From the NCBI GenBank assembly GCA_950097015.1, contig CATNEN010000015.1:124001-188000 (forward strand): a DNA stretch of 64,000 bases, written 5' to 3'. Made by a program: the position numbers and the translations under genes. Shown here piece by piece: positions 25,651 to 37,708 of this stretch (positions are counted from its first letter, which is position 1; every line of letters begins with the position of its first letter). The notes under the pieces were generated by a model. That model had not been told where the DNA came from. It searched no databases and was given only the letters and a program-made list of their open reading frames with translations. The stretch is from Macrostomum hystrix (lineage: Eukaryota > Animalia > Platyhelminthes).

Positions 25651-26384
25651 CAGTATTCTCTATGCTAACAGGTGGCCCCTCTTGGCTCACTAAACTGAAT
25701 CAGCTGTCCATTGTGCTCCGCTAGCTGTCGTACTAATTGAGACTTTTGTAAAGCCAGTCTCTGCGCCTCTGTGCCAAGCCTCTATTACGGGTCAGCGCGT
25801 CTGAAAACAAACCCATGAGTCGCTCTCAATGAATATCAGCGCTGCTTTTATTCTTTCTGGACAATGTAGAGAGCTGCTAGTTTGGAGTGGGTGAGGCTGG
25901 CCAGGTGCACAGATAAGCTGCACAGTAGCAGCTGTATTGACTGGGATGCTACCTTACCCAAGCATTGCTAGCTGGCTGCCTATTGACACTGGAGCTCGTT
26001 TTAGTCTCCGTGTGCAATGCTCTTCTTGAGCACTTCTCAACTACTAAATACCCCTGCCGCATGCCCCAAATATCTCGGGCTGGGCTCTGTAAGTTGTACT
26101 CGTAAATTAGAAATTTACCTAGTCATTAGACCCTCCGATATGCCAAGTAACTCGAGGGATAGGACTCTCTGAAAAGCCAGTAGAGCCCAGGCCTTCCTTA
26201 CTCCTGACATGCAGCTCCTACCAGCTGTTTATGCGCATAGGAAATTAATCATTACAATTGACTAACTTTACAAACTTCGTAGCAAATACTGGCTAGAATT
26301 TAGTATAAAAAACTATTTGCGCACCTGCTGAGCAGCTATCTATAATTCCTACGATTTTGTCTCCGAAAAAATACATTTATCCCC

Positions 26385-26641
26385 CACTTGGGCTGGGGGA
26401 TGGCTCCGCCAATAGGAAAGCAAGATTCATTTATCTAGCCCGGCCAGTTTTTTACTATAGACTACAGACTTTGGCGCCGTCAGCCAAGCGAGGGATAAAT
26501 AGAGTATTACCCCTATGGATTCATTTAATTTGGGCCTTAAGAGTGACCTCGGGCTGCATTTCGTAGCTCGGCTTCGCCTCGGCCAATAAATGCAGCCTCG
26601 GTCACTCTATCGGCCAAATAAATAAATCCATAGGGATAATA
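26385..26641. repeat. Two adjacent imperfect inverted repeats (double hairpin; probable non-autonomous DNA element)
   Basis: ATTTATCCCCCACTTGG (26385) pairs with CCAAGCGAGGGATAAAT (~26484-26500). CCCTATGGATT...GCTGCATTT (26511) pairs with AAATGCAGC...AATCCATAGGG (to 26635) around the loop CTCGGCTTCGCCTCGG. Confidence 0.7.
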
Positions 26642-27701
26642 TAGGATTTTTCGTTCGATTTCATAAAATAGCCATTTGATTTTGTCCATAGAAGTTGGCA
26701 GCGCAGCCATAGAGTCTATGGCATTATAGTGCGCTGTTTTCGGATTGAATTCATAACTTTGCCACTTCATTTCGACATACCCAGTAGAAAGGCAACAGAA
26801 AAGTCGATGCGCTTGTCCAGTACAGAAAGAACTGTTAAAAACAGAAAGCTGTGTATTTAAGTCACATGAGGAAGTAGACAGTTGCAACAGTGAAATCAGT
26901 TATGTCCGCCAAAGTTAATGCTCGTTCGCTGCAGCAAGCTACAAATGTCACATTAATCGCTGCTCATTGATGCACAGGGGCAGAAACCGCATCACATGTC
27001 GTTCCCAGGCTAGGCACTTCGCGGCGGAAATTTCCTCTAGTGCAACGTAGCCGCAGCGGAAAAGCACCATGTGTCTACACTGCGTTAGGTTGATGCCATC
27101 AGGCGGATTGCTAAGTTCCTGTTGAAGCTCAGGTGTTGCTAGCTGGCGTTTTAGCGAAGCCTTGAGACACTGATTGAGGTACTGAGACCAATATCGACAG
27201 CATGCGTCGTGTGCAGTTTCGCCTTCATCTCCTTTAATGTCAACATTGGATTGTCTTCTATGTCAGAAACGAGTTCTTGTACGATTGGATCGGCCAGCTT
27301 CTTAGGATTGTTTCCTCCTTTCGGCAGCTTGTCGATGCGCCCAGTCTCTTCGTACACCTTCACTATGGAGTACACTGTCTGTTTGTTGATGTTGAGCCAT
27401 CGCGCTATGTCCGTCACTTTCTCACCCCTGTTCATTGCTTCAATGACAAGATGCCTTCTGTCGTTTCCAATGGACGCGTATGCAGCCATTTTTAGGCACA
27501 CAAGGAAGGTGACTGTTGCCCAAGGAGAGGACACGTTCAAATAGGCTTTTCATTCCTATGAGAGGTTTGGCCGAAATGAAGTCGAAGTCAAGTCGAAATG
27601 AAGTGGCAAAGTTATGAATTTAATCGGAAAACAGCGCACTTGCCATAGACTCTATGGCCGCGCTGCCAACTGCTATGGACGAAATCAAACGAAAAAACCT
27701 A
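26642..27701 (-). mobile_element. Internally deleted IS630/Tc1-mariner transposon
   Basis: ~110-bp TIRs TAGG(A/T)TTTTTCGTT...CTTCATTTCGAC, flanked by TA at 26640-26641 and 27702-27703. Encodes a paired-type HTH N-terminus (RHLVIEAMNRGEKVTDIARWLNINKQTVYSIVKVYEETG..DNPMLTLKEMK). The DDE core is missing. Confidence 0.85.
27151..27489 (-). pseudogene. Truncated IS630/Tc1 transposase (HTH DNA-binding part only)
   Basis: ATG at 27489. Two HTH motifs. After ~105 codons a frameshifted segment resembling an IS630 C-terminus follows (..EISAAKCLAWERHVMRFLPLC). Confidence 0.8.
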
Positions 27702-29438
27702 TACCATATACTTATGCTTACGTAATGATGGGTTCAATAGTCGGTTTTGAGTGCTTAAATGTCGAGCCAGTCAATGTCACTCTGCGCGAACGAGTGCCAT
27801 GGACATTGTATAGGTTTCTTTCGCGATTTGCGAAAATAGAAATGCGACAACAGTTTCATTGCATGCCGGAAAGTGATGTCTATGGCCTTATGTGTATGTC
27901 TTTATCGAAGTTCTCCTTTAGAAACAGCCGCCAACATGCATACACTGTAAAATATTGCATTATTTTACAATCGCTTCGCGCACTCGTGCCAAGACATTTA
28001 AGCACGCAAAACCAAGTACTGAATACTATATTTAAGCTAGAAAACTGGCTATTGAGCAGCATTACGATTTAATTCTGGAGTCTCGACCATCAACTTTGCA
28101 TTTATTGCGTGCATTAAATGACTCGGCGTCCCTCATTGTCTAAAAAGCATTCAATGCAGGCCAGCCGATATGGCCTGCTAGAATATTATTGTCGTGCCTA
28201 AGCTAGGTTATTTCCCGTGGCCAAAAGTGCAACAATTTCGGGACATTCTTGCAGCATAGCCGGCCTCAGTGCGAGCTGGGAATTCCGATGTCGGTAAAAG
28301 GTCAGAGCTGGGCTGCGCAGACATACCAGTGTATGTGTGCTTACATAGACCGTTGTTTTGACAATGCGTTAGGTGGACCACTTAGTTTTGGTTAGAAAAT
28401 TGGGGAATAAACCTAATTTGGGACGCTTGGAAAATACTGTTGCATTTTTAAGCTCAAGAGGTCTTCAATTTGAGTGAATTGAACTGTTTGAACTGTGTTT
28501 TTAGGTGGACCAGGTTTAAACGGACCTTTAGAACAAGGTGGTGTAAGTGGACCAATATACTAGACAAGTAAGATTCCTAAACAGTCAATTTTTTCCGTAC
28601 TTGCGAAGCATGAAAGCTATGCAGAAATTTTTCTGCATAGAAATTTTTTTCTATTTTTATTTGTTTAAAAATTGTTTAACAATGCAGTAGTGAGTAACTG
28701 ATAGTATAGGTACTAAAATACATTTTCGGAAAAGTTTATGAGATATATATGATGAAATAAAGTGAAAAATGCGAATAAAATTTACCAGACATTACTAAAC
28801 TGCAAAGCAAAACTTAAACAAGAGTGAATAATTAGACAATAATTGTTAGCATTTTTTAGACGTGCAGTACGAAAAATACATAGTTTTGCCATTAGACAAG
28901 CCAAGCCAAAGTTTTTACATTCAAGTACGGTTTTAAGCTGCAGTTTGAAGGCACGCAGCGTTACGAGGAGAGGCGTTACAAATCAATTGTAAAAATGGTG
29001 GGTACACCGCGAAATGATAGGAAAAATTGCTAAGGCTAACTGCCTCAATGTCACGTCGGTATGCTAGAATATTTAAATGAATTTTTTTTCCAGAATATTC
29101 ATTTATTCTGGAGAGATATTCAAAACCTTTCAGAGACCTATTACGTGCAATGTACTTGCAACAACGGGTGCGGCCTTGTAAGGGGTATATAATATTTCTG
29201 ATATTTTGGGCACAGCTCTTTTTAGGGCTAAACGCCAATATTTATGGTACTCTAGTGTAAAAGAAAATGGTGCATCTTGCAAACGATACAATCGAATTTT
29301 TGCTATCGAGGTGACATAATTAATCAATCTCAGCCATCAATTATTGAGGTTAGGGACGATATTATTGAATAAGTCCTGAGTGAGCTCAGCGCAACAGAAA
29401 AAGGTACCATGAGTTCGTGAGACTTAGAGCCGAACCAG

Positions 29439-32400
29439 CTATTTTTTTAGTTTCTGAATTTCATTAAAAAACTTGCTTTTAAGCTTCAGAACAGATCGAT
29501 CCTTCAGAGCTGGCTCATCTAGCTTTAGCTTATGCAGTGCATTTAATCCAGGAACTTTTCCACCTGATTCTTCGAGCATTCTTTGGAAAGCACGTTGGAA
29601 CGCCGCGTCCTCCGCTTCTGACCACTTGACATGCACCTGCTTTAGCTTTCGGTCTTTCTTCCTGCTGACTTTAGACGGAGGTTCGAAGGAGGGATCATCC
29701 TCGGAGGAATCAGGCGGAGAATTCGGATGCGATTTTGTCTCCGGCTTTCTCTTTTTCTTAGATTCTTTTAATTCCTTCAAAGAAAGAGGTGCACCGCGAA
29801 AATCAAGCTCTGTCTGCTGTTCGTCATACTGTTCTGATGGAGCTCCGGAGGTAATGCGACATGGACGCTTTGATTTCCTCAGGGTGGAATTAGCTGGTTG
29901 TGGTCGCTTTCTAATCAAACAAGACTTGCTACTCAAACTTTCTTCATTCTCGTTTGCTGACTTTGCTGACTTCTTTGTCTTGGAAACAACTTCGGCCTCA
30001 TTCGAGTCATCCAAATCAACGTCAATGTCATCAACCTCGATTTCCTCCAGTTTCTTTCCTTTCAGCTGATCTAGCTTCCCAGATTCAATCGCAAGCATCA
30101 GCTTTCCGACTTTTGCTAACTCGATTGTTCGCTCATGAATTCGATAAAACGTATGATGCACTTGGAGGCTGTGGCCTAGATGTCTGGACAGCCAGCCTAA
30201 TTCGTTTTCATTCAATTCGAGGATTTGTGACACTGTTGCCACATATTTCCTCAGTTTTGTTGACGTTAAGCGTTCAGGATGTTTTAGGTCTGCACACTTT
30301 GAAGTGACATTTTGAATGGCTTCAAACGGTGATAGATAACGCATTCCGTTGAGCATGCCAAAAACGTACTCGTTGCCCGTTGGCGAATGGCGCGTGCTTA
30401 TGAGCTTATCTATTAGAGTGGCCACCTCTAGGGGCACAAGCAGAGGAACCTTTTTTTCTGCTCGTTTGCCGCGGACATACGGAAGAAACATTCGCCCTTT
30501 AATTTTTAACTCAAGCTCACTGAGTAGAGAGTCAGTAGTGTCGTCATCTTCTTGATCGAGCTTTTTTGCTGCTTCCCAGTCTTTAAGCGTCAATTTGAAG
30601 GTTTCTGACGCTCGCCTTCTGTTCAAAATCATGAGGCGGACTGCAACTAGCTCAGCAACGCTTTTCCAGTAGGCAGGTTCGGATAGATTATCATCAGCAA
30701 CCTGTGCCAGCGCCTGCTTTAAATGACATGTGATGGTCCTAATGTCCTCCGTCAAGGGCAGAGTTTCGGCTTTGTCGGCTTTTCTTTCCTTTAAAGTTAA
30801 ATGTGCGATGGTTGTAACTTTTCGCTTCCAAAGACTCTCAAAGACGGAAATAAAGTTTCTTCTTTCCTCAACCTTTGATTTAAGATCGCTTTTTAAGGCG
30901 AAAACCATGGAGACTTCGGCAGCCGTCTTCAGGCTAAAGCCGATTTTTAGCGCAATCGAAGGAATGTCAAAGCTGTCAGATGTCGCTTCGCTTTTCTTGC
31001 TCATAAATCCTGCGACTGTTCTTGTCGCCTCAACAAGATCATCGAAATTACGAGCGGTTAGTGAATTCTCCAAATCAATGGACGGCTTCTCTACACGATC
31101 TCTAAACGCTACTAACAAGCGTGCAAGCTCCCTCATCTTAGTCGAAACAATCTGTCGGCCTGTCTTTCCAGCTGTGTAGCCTTCAAACCAAAAGTGTCCA
31201 AGACTTAAAATTAATTTGTCAGAGCGGACGACTGTAGAAAGATGGTCCTTTTTCATTCGGCTGAGCAGATCTTGGTATTCTTGAGGAAACGTTGAAGGGA
31301 GGCACGACGACAGCAACAGACAATTTCCTTGCGAAGCAGCATCCGAACGACTTGTAGATTTCGAGTTGATTCTAAATTTGCAGCGGTCCCAGTGTCGACT
31401 TATTTCGCGTCCATAAAAAAATCCAAAGCAGTGAACACAAGGCAGATAGGTGTGTACTTCCGCAGACTCCATGGTCACGCTTTTCTCCCGACAGACAATA
31501 ATTTTACCGTCCTTTTCATCCTTCAGTACAGCAATGTTGTGATGAAAATCGCCTAGAAGTCGCAGTCTGTCCATCTCCCGATTGTAACCTAACAGAGGAA
31601 TTAAAAAATGTTGCCAAATAAATACACGATACGATCACAAAAAAGAATAATCGATTTATATAATAATTGAAATCATACATCTAGAGGTTCTTAATAGAAC
31701 CTGTTACGCACGAGTACATTCTGACTTGCCTCTCAGACAAAATTAAGAATAGCTAGTCTATAATAGAAAAGAAAACACAAAAATCTTAACTACGAACCAT
31801 TCATTCAAGCTATCTAGACAATCTAAACAAAAAAGCTGCTTTAACTTAGACGATGAAAGAAACTTGAAGAAAAGAAACTTAACTAAAAGAAGCAGATCAA
31901 CTTAGACTTACCATCTGAATTAGAATCATACGAAAGCGCGCGCTGCACGTCTAGTTGATCACTATGACAACGAAGGATATGCCTTCGTATTTTCGAAAAC
32001 AGCTGATTACAAAAAACGCAATTGTGGCGCTTCTTCTCAAATGATCGGCCGTTCATCTTCTTCTGTGCATTTAACTCAATTTTTTCATTTTCATCAGCAA
32101 TCATTTGAAGAGCTGGATGTAGTTCTGCCGACAACTCCTCGAGCTCAACGTCGCTAAAGTCGAATTCAGGCCCACCATCAACATTCCCAGCAGCAGTACT
32201 TTCTTCAACACAGGAATTCATCACCTTCTCAAACTCTTCGTCGTCATCTAAATCACTTGCTTCGCTTTCATCGCTCTCATCTAAGTCAACTTTTAATTTT
32301 CTAAAGCCAGCAACACCTAACTGCAACTTATTCATAACACGACTTCTAAGAGCAGTGAGCCTTGAATTTGAAACGTCATTCGTCGACGGGACATTCATCC

Positions 32401-34965
32401 TCGTAGTCTGCTTCAAGGGAGGACGTCCGAAAGAATTCTGAGTAGCTGTCGTCAACCTGGCCGATGCTGAGGGTTGTTCACGCAACTTCTGAACTGATGT
32501 CGGCTTGGTCACTGCCTTCTCTAAACTCGGTTCATCGCCAGACGCGCACAGCTCGCTGTCGCAAGCGTCAGCATCAGCAGGTACATTGGAAGATCCCTCT
32601 GCTTGTGGGATGGTCACGTCGCTGTCCATCTGCACAATGATTGATTTCGATGAACTTGTGTAAAAATATAATGCTAAGATACTGACAAACACATTATGAT
32701 TCAATGAGGGTTTAGCTGGACCCTGCGTCTGAAAGTCTGTGTGGCAGTCGGTGCTTGAAGCACGCACAGTCAATGTGAACGAGATTCCATGAGGGTTTAG
32801 ATGGACCCGCAGCTTATAATTCGCCCAATTATAATGATATTCATTAAGTAAAGCCAATGCACTATTGCAGCTTTGGTGTAACTAAACTAAGCAACACTCA
32901 CCGATTCAGAATGATGACGTTGTGGTGACGGCTTTCGGTCTTGTATTTTGTTAGCCGATGACCTGATCATGAGATGCACAGCACTTGAGTCGGATTCTTC
33001 GACAATAGCATTCTCCTTTGATGGCTGGAGCGCCAAGTTACTGGGAGAGTTCTTCTTGCCTCCAGTATGATTTCTCCGAGTCTGAAGAGCAGTCGCTGAC
33101 TCTTGAGTAGCTGTGGTCAACCTGGCCGATGCTGAGGGTTGTTCACGCAACTTCTGAACTGATGTCGGCTTGGTCACTGCCTTCTCTAAACTCGGTTCAT
33201 CGCCAGACGCGCACAGCTCGCTGTCGCAAGCGTCAGCGTCAGCATCAGCATTGGAAGATCCCTCTGCTTGTGGGATGGTCACGTCGCTGTCCATCTGCAC
33301 AATGATTGATTTCGATGAACTTGTGTAAAAATATAATGCTAAGATACTGACAAACACATTATGATTCAATGAGGGTTTAGCTGGATCCTGCGTCTGAAAG
33401 TCTGTGTGGCAGTCGGTGCTTGAAGCACGCACAGTCAATGTGAACGAGATTCCATGAGGGTTTAGATGGACCCGCAGCTTATAATTCGCCCAATTATAAT
33501 GATATTCATTAAGTAAAGCCAATGCACTATTGCAGCTTTGGTGTAACTAAACTAAGCAACACTCACCGATTCAGAATGATGACGTTGTGGTGACGGCTTT
33601 CGGTCTTGTATTTTGTTAGCCGATGACCTGATCATGAGATGCACAGCACTTGAGTCGGATTCTTCGACAATAGCATTCTCCTTTGATGGCTGGAGCGCCA
33701 AGTTACTGGGAGAGTTCTTCTTGCCTCCAGTATGATTTCTCCGAGTCTGAAGAGCAGTCGCTGACGACTCTTGAGTAGCTGTCGTCACTGATGTCGCATG
33801 GCGTTGATGCGTTTTCTTTTGATCAGCTTTACGAAATGTGGAATCCAAGGCAACTGGGTGTTCGTCTGTGCGGACGGCGAAAATCTGGTTGACTGCTCTC
33901 ACTTTTGCTTCTCTTTTATGTACCCTGGCCGATGCTGAGGGCTGTTCACGCGACTTCTGAACTGATGTCGGCTTGGGCAGCGCCTTCTCTAAACTCGGTT
34001 CATCGCGAGACGCGCACAGCTCGCTGTCGTAAGCGTCAGCATCAGCATTGGAAGATCCCTCTGCTTGTGGGATGGTCACGTCGCTGTCCATCTGCACAAT
34101 GATTGATTTAGATGAACTTGTGTAAAAATATAATATAAGATACTGACAAACACATTATGATTCAATGAGGGTTTAGCTGGACCCTGCGTCTGAAAGTCTG
34201 TGTGGCAGTCGGTGCTTGAAGCACGCACAGTCAATGTGAACGAGATTCCATGCATGAGGGTTTAGATGGACCCCACGTATGAAAGTCTGTTTGGCAGTCG
34301 CTGTTTGAAGTACCCAAAGTTATTTTGAACGAGATTCAATGAGTGTCTAGCTTGGACCCACTTCTGAAAGTCTGTTTCTTACAGCACTTCATGTTTGTGA
34401 ACTGGATTCAAAGAGGGTTTAGCTGGACCCCGCCTTTGAAATAGGAATGTCTCGAATGAAATTGGGGCTCGACATTTGATTTTGAGTTAAAGAGCAATAA
34501 ATCTAAGTAGCACTAAAGTTAGCAGTTCCTACCTTCATTGCTTTGTCCTGCTCGTTTGGTGGGAAGCATTTTTCTGAAATGTTTTGAGATTGATGGATTT
34601 TGAGTCAGTTTGCTTGGATAGTGTTTGACGGTGAATTATCTGACAATGGTTATGACATGTGATCATTAATATTTCTTACCACAAGATGAATGCAGACTTA
34701 GAATTACACTTGTTGGTATGTTGCTTCGTGGCTCCCAAGAATTTTGATTGCTGGAATATAAAAGCACTGTTTATTAGCCGAACACATATGGGAATATGCA
34801 AACAACTTTCAATAGTATATAGAAGGAACAGAGTGCAGTGGTAAATAAGTATTTTGAAACTCACCTAGAATATCCTTTCCACTTAATGTAGAGCTTCTTT
34901 TTTGTGCACTTGATAATATTTTCAACGTAGAAACGCCTGCTATCTTGGGGCTTTTTCTTCTGCAT
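29439..34965 (-). CDS. Chromodomain - low-complexity - Zn-motif - tyrosine recombinase - Myb/SANT-like protein, 7 exons, ~1,332 aa
   Basis: Exons 34865-34965, 34680-34750, 34533-34573, 33567-34091, 32902-33294, 31912-32629 and 29439-31588 sum to 3999 nt with no internal stop. Chromo: RFYVENIIKCTKKKLYIKWKGYSSNQNSWEPRSNI. Zn: CVFC..RHILRCH and LPCVHC..RHWDRC. YR: LNRRRASE, RGKR, STKLRKYVAT, HLGHSLQVHHTFYR. C-terminus: KWSEAEDAAF..VPG..LKDRSVLKLKSKFFN. Exon 3 and the links across 34092-34532 are the least certain. Confidence 0.85.
32440..34250. repeat. Tandem exon-intron duplication (665-bp period, three related exon starts)
   Basis: Near-identical 272-nt introns at 32630-32901 and 33295-33566. 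Three exons begin ATGGACAGCGACGTG (MDSDVTIPQAEG). Confidence 0.92.
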
Positions 34966-35080
34966 GCTGGCGTGTAAGAACAACTAGTTGACAGAATCAG
35001 TCTGTGAGGTCAACTAAATCATTTTGAAATCTTGTTTTTAGAGTTGGGGATTGGTGTCTGTTGTTGTGGTTAGGATGATG

Positions 35081-35131
35081 TTTATGTAGACCCTCCATCT
35101 TTGATTATGACTCAGCCAGCTACGGACCAAT
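35081..35131 (-). promoter_or_regulatory. Candidate promoter of the chromo-YR gene
   Basis: TATA-like TACATAAA (35088-35081), TGACTCA at 35108-35114 and a CCAAT box at 35127-35131, ~120-170 nt upstream of the ATG. An in-frame stop precedes the ATG. Confidence 0.35.
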
Positions 35132-37708
35132 TAGAGCCCATCGGGAGGAAGAGAAGGGAATGGCCAACGTTCAGACGGACGAATAGAAAGGAATGGAAGA
35201 AGGGTTGAATGGGTTGAGACACCCCATCATTGACTGTCCATTTAAACACAGGATTGGCTAGCTGTTTTGAGGTTGGCTTGGACCTCAGTCAGGAGGGTTC
35301 GGCTTTTCTTAACTTCATTATCTAGCCCATAGGCTGCCGACACTACAAACGTTTGAATGTGAAGCACAAAAACTATTTTCGGAGTCCGTGCCTTAAGCAA
35401 GGAAGGCAATTTCTTTTTTTGTCTCCTTAAATTAAGCAGTGCTGCAAATGCAGTCATTCGAAATTATTTAAATCATGGCCTTCAATCAGGGTTCTCTAAA
35501 ACCAACACTATGAAGCATTTGTTTCAAGTATGATAGCAACAGGACAATATGTGAACCATCTGAGTTCATAAATCACAATAAATAAATAGAAAATAAGACA
35601 ATAAATAAACATCTAATCTTTAGTTATTGCGGATGCATCGCAGTTTCCATTTGTATGCTCATCGAATATATGTTAATCTAGTTTTACAATCCACTCACTT
35701 CAGCCAGTTCAGCAAGCTCTGCAACTCAAAAATGCCACAATGTATTAAATATGTTCTCAAAAGTGCTTAAATATGCATCCTGAAGAGCTCTGTCATGAAG
35801 CAAAGAACTTTTCATACAAACAAAACATACACTTTGTATGTATGAATTTCGTCTGTTTTTGGGTTAGGTGGACCTCGGCGATGTGGTTTAGGTGGACGGA
35901 GTAAAAGGTCCTTGTAAACTACAATACTCATTACTTAAAATCTAAACTACTTTAAGTAGAGGGACGTTGACCACTGCAATGACTGCCTTTTAGACTATGG
36001 AGTCGGTCAAGCTAAACCCCCTCTGTACTTTCCATTAAAGAAATATGAAGTGGTCCACTTAAAGGGTCCATGCAATCGAAAGGTCCCGCTAACGAGGCTT
36101 TTAAACCGACGAAGAGTCTACACAAACACACATACACTAACACATACAGGTAAACTGCATTTCAGTCGCGGGTTTCAGCCCGCCAGCCCGCCCACCCAGT
36201 CTTTAGCGAACTCGAGCTTGACTTGTCACGCTTCTCAGGAGGCGGTGGGCTCGCTTTCTCTCTCCTCCCTGCCCCCCTGTTCCCTAGGAGTGGGTGAGTT
36301 GCGCTCTGCCGTTGACTCACAGGCTGGGCCGTGCGTGGCTAGCCTTGCCGTGCCTGTAGGAAAAGCACGATGCAACTTGCAGAGCAGCTCAGCTCGCCTT
36401 GTGGAGCTGTTCGCATCCTTAGCTGCCGTAGTGCATCTGCAAGCGACCTTTCCCCTTTATTACGCCTGCCCTAATTGGGTCATATGTGCTGCTGACAGCA
36501 CAGCCGCAGCTATTGCGTGGCGCATCTGAAGGCTGCGTACGGCTGTTCAGTCCATGGACTGGGGGGACGCCAAAGCCACCTCAATTACCCCAGCTGATGC
36601 CGGTACCCATTTAACAGCTTGGTGAACTGAAGCAATGCAGATTTAAGTGTCTTGCTAAAGGACATTAATTGTTCCAGTGGAGTCGAGTGAAGCATGGTCA
36701 TAGACCAGACGCCAGCTAGCGGAGTCTCCAGTGGAGTCGATACTTTTGTGAGTGAAGCATGGTCATAGACCAGATGCCAGCTAGCGGAGTCCACAGAAAG
36801 CAAATAACGGATTCCTGCCGAGTGGCGCCTTTGTGTGTGTGTGGGAGTTTCTGTGTTGCTTACCGCTTCGACTTCGGACAGGCCGGAGTCACCTGGCTAC
36901 TGATAAGGGCGTTATCGCTAGTGTACACACGGGCGGCCTCTGCCCAGCGCAGTTGGATTGAGAATACCCTGGAGAAGTTCTCATTTTCTCACAGTAGTTA
37001 AGAGTGACGGCATCATCGGTTTGGAGTTGTTCCAGTTGAAATCTGCTCTTATCAGCGGCTGTCTGAAGTTCCCTAACATCGCACCATGTAGTTATAAATA
37101 CTGCTTGCTTAGCAGCCGTGCAGCAATCAGTAAACAAAAATTTAACAGAAAAAATAAGCATTCTATGAGGTAAGCAAAGTAGGTAAGCAAGCAGTTGGGC
37201 AAACATGTTACCAAACACGCGCAACACCGGCAAACGTTTATACTGCTAAAATATATTATTTTGGCAGTCTTTAAAATTGTTGCCGTAACCACCTGTGGTA
37301 TTTCTTAAGAAGCAAGCTTGAGACCGTCAAAAGTCAACATGTGATTCACTATTTAATTTTTACCGTACCGAGTGGCACGCAAGCCCCTTCATGTCTTTGA
37401 ATGTCCACAGACCATTGTGTTCGAATGCCTTAACATTACATTTTCCGAGGTCTCCGTGCCTATTTTGGTCTGAGCACAGCTGAGAACAGCGCCGATTCTA
37501 AAGTGAGCTCAGCTTTGGCGGAAATTAGCCCTTAAAGCGCTCTTAGCTCGTAATAGAATTATTATGTGTCCTCTATACTCTACTTATCATGCGACTCAGT
37601 AGTAGCAATGTGAACATTTTACACTTTTCTAATCCCTTTACTAAAATTCAAAACTATCTATATATATTTTTTTATGCTAAAATTCGGAATGCCCGCATCG
37701 CCCTGCAG

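Larger units (their letters stand above)
28328..36138 (-). mobile_element. Putative tyrosine-recombinase DNA transposon (~7.8 kb) inside RTK intron 7
   Basis: Carries a single YR gene. Ends are inferred from a 19/23 inverted repeat (28328-28350 vs 36116-36138), an inner 14/15 inverted repeat (28369-28383 vs 36048-36062) and GTGGAC(C) motif clusters at both ends. The boundaries are tentative. Confidence 0.6.

Noticed and set aside
28560-29330. Possible second (SET-domain) gene in the YR element; fragments such as NEYSGKKI and VQCTCNNGC
   Set aside because: No coherent exon chain or SET signature (NHSC, GEEL) could be assembled. It is more likely 3' UTR or subterminal DNA.
31883-33522. N-terminal extensions MALLNEYHYNW... 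of ORFs 31883-32857 and 32887-33522 as separate genes
   Set aside because: They read through the duplicated 272-nt introns, which have GT-AG ends. The segments are better explained as exons of the single chromo-YR gene.
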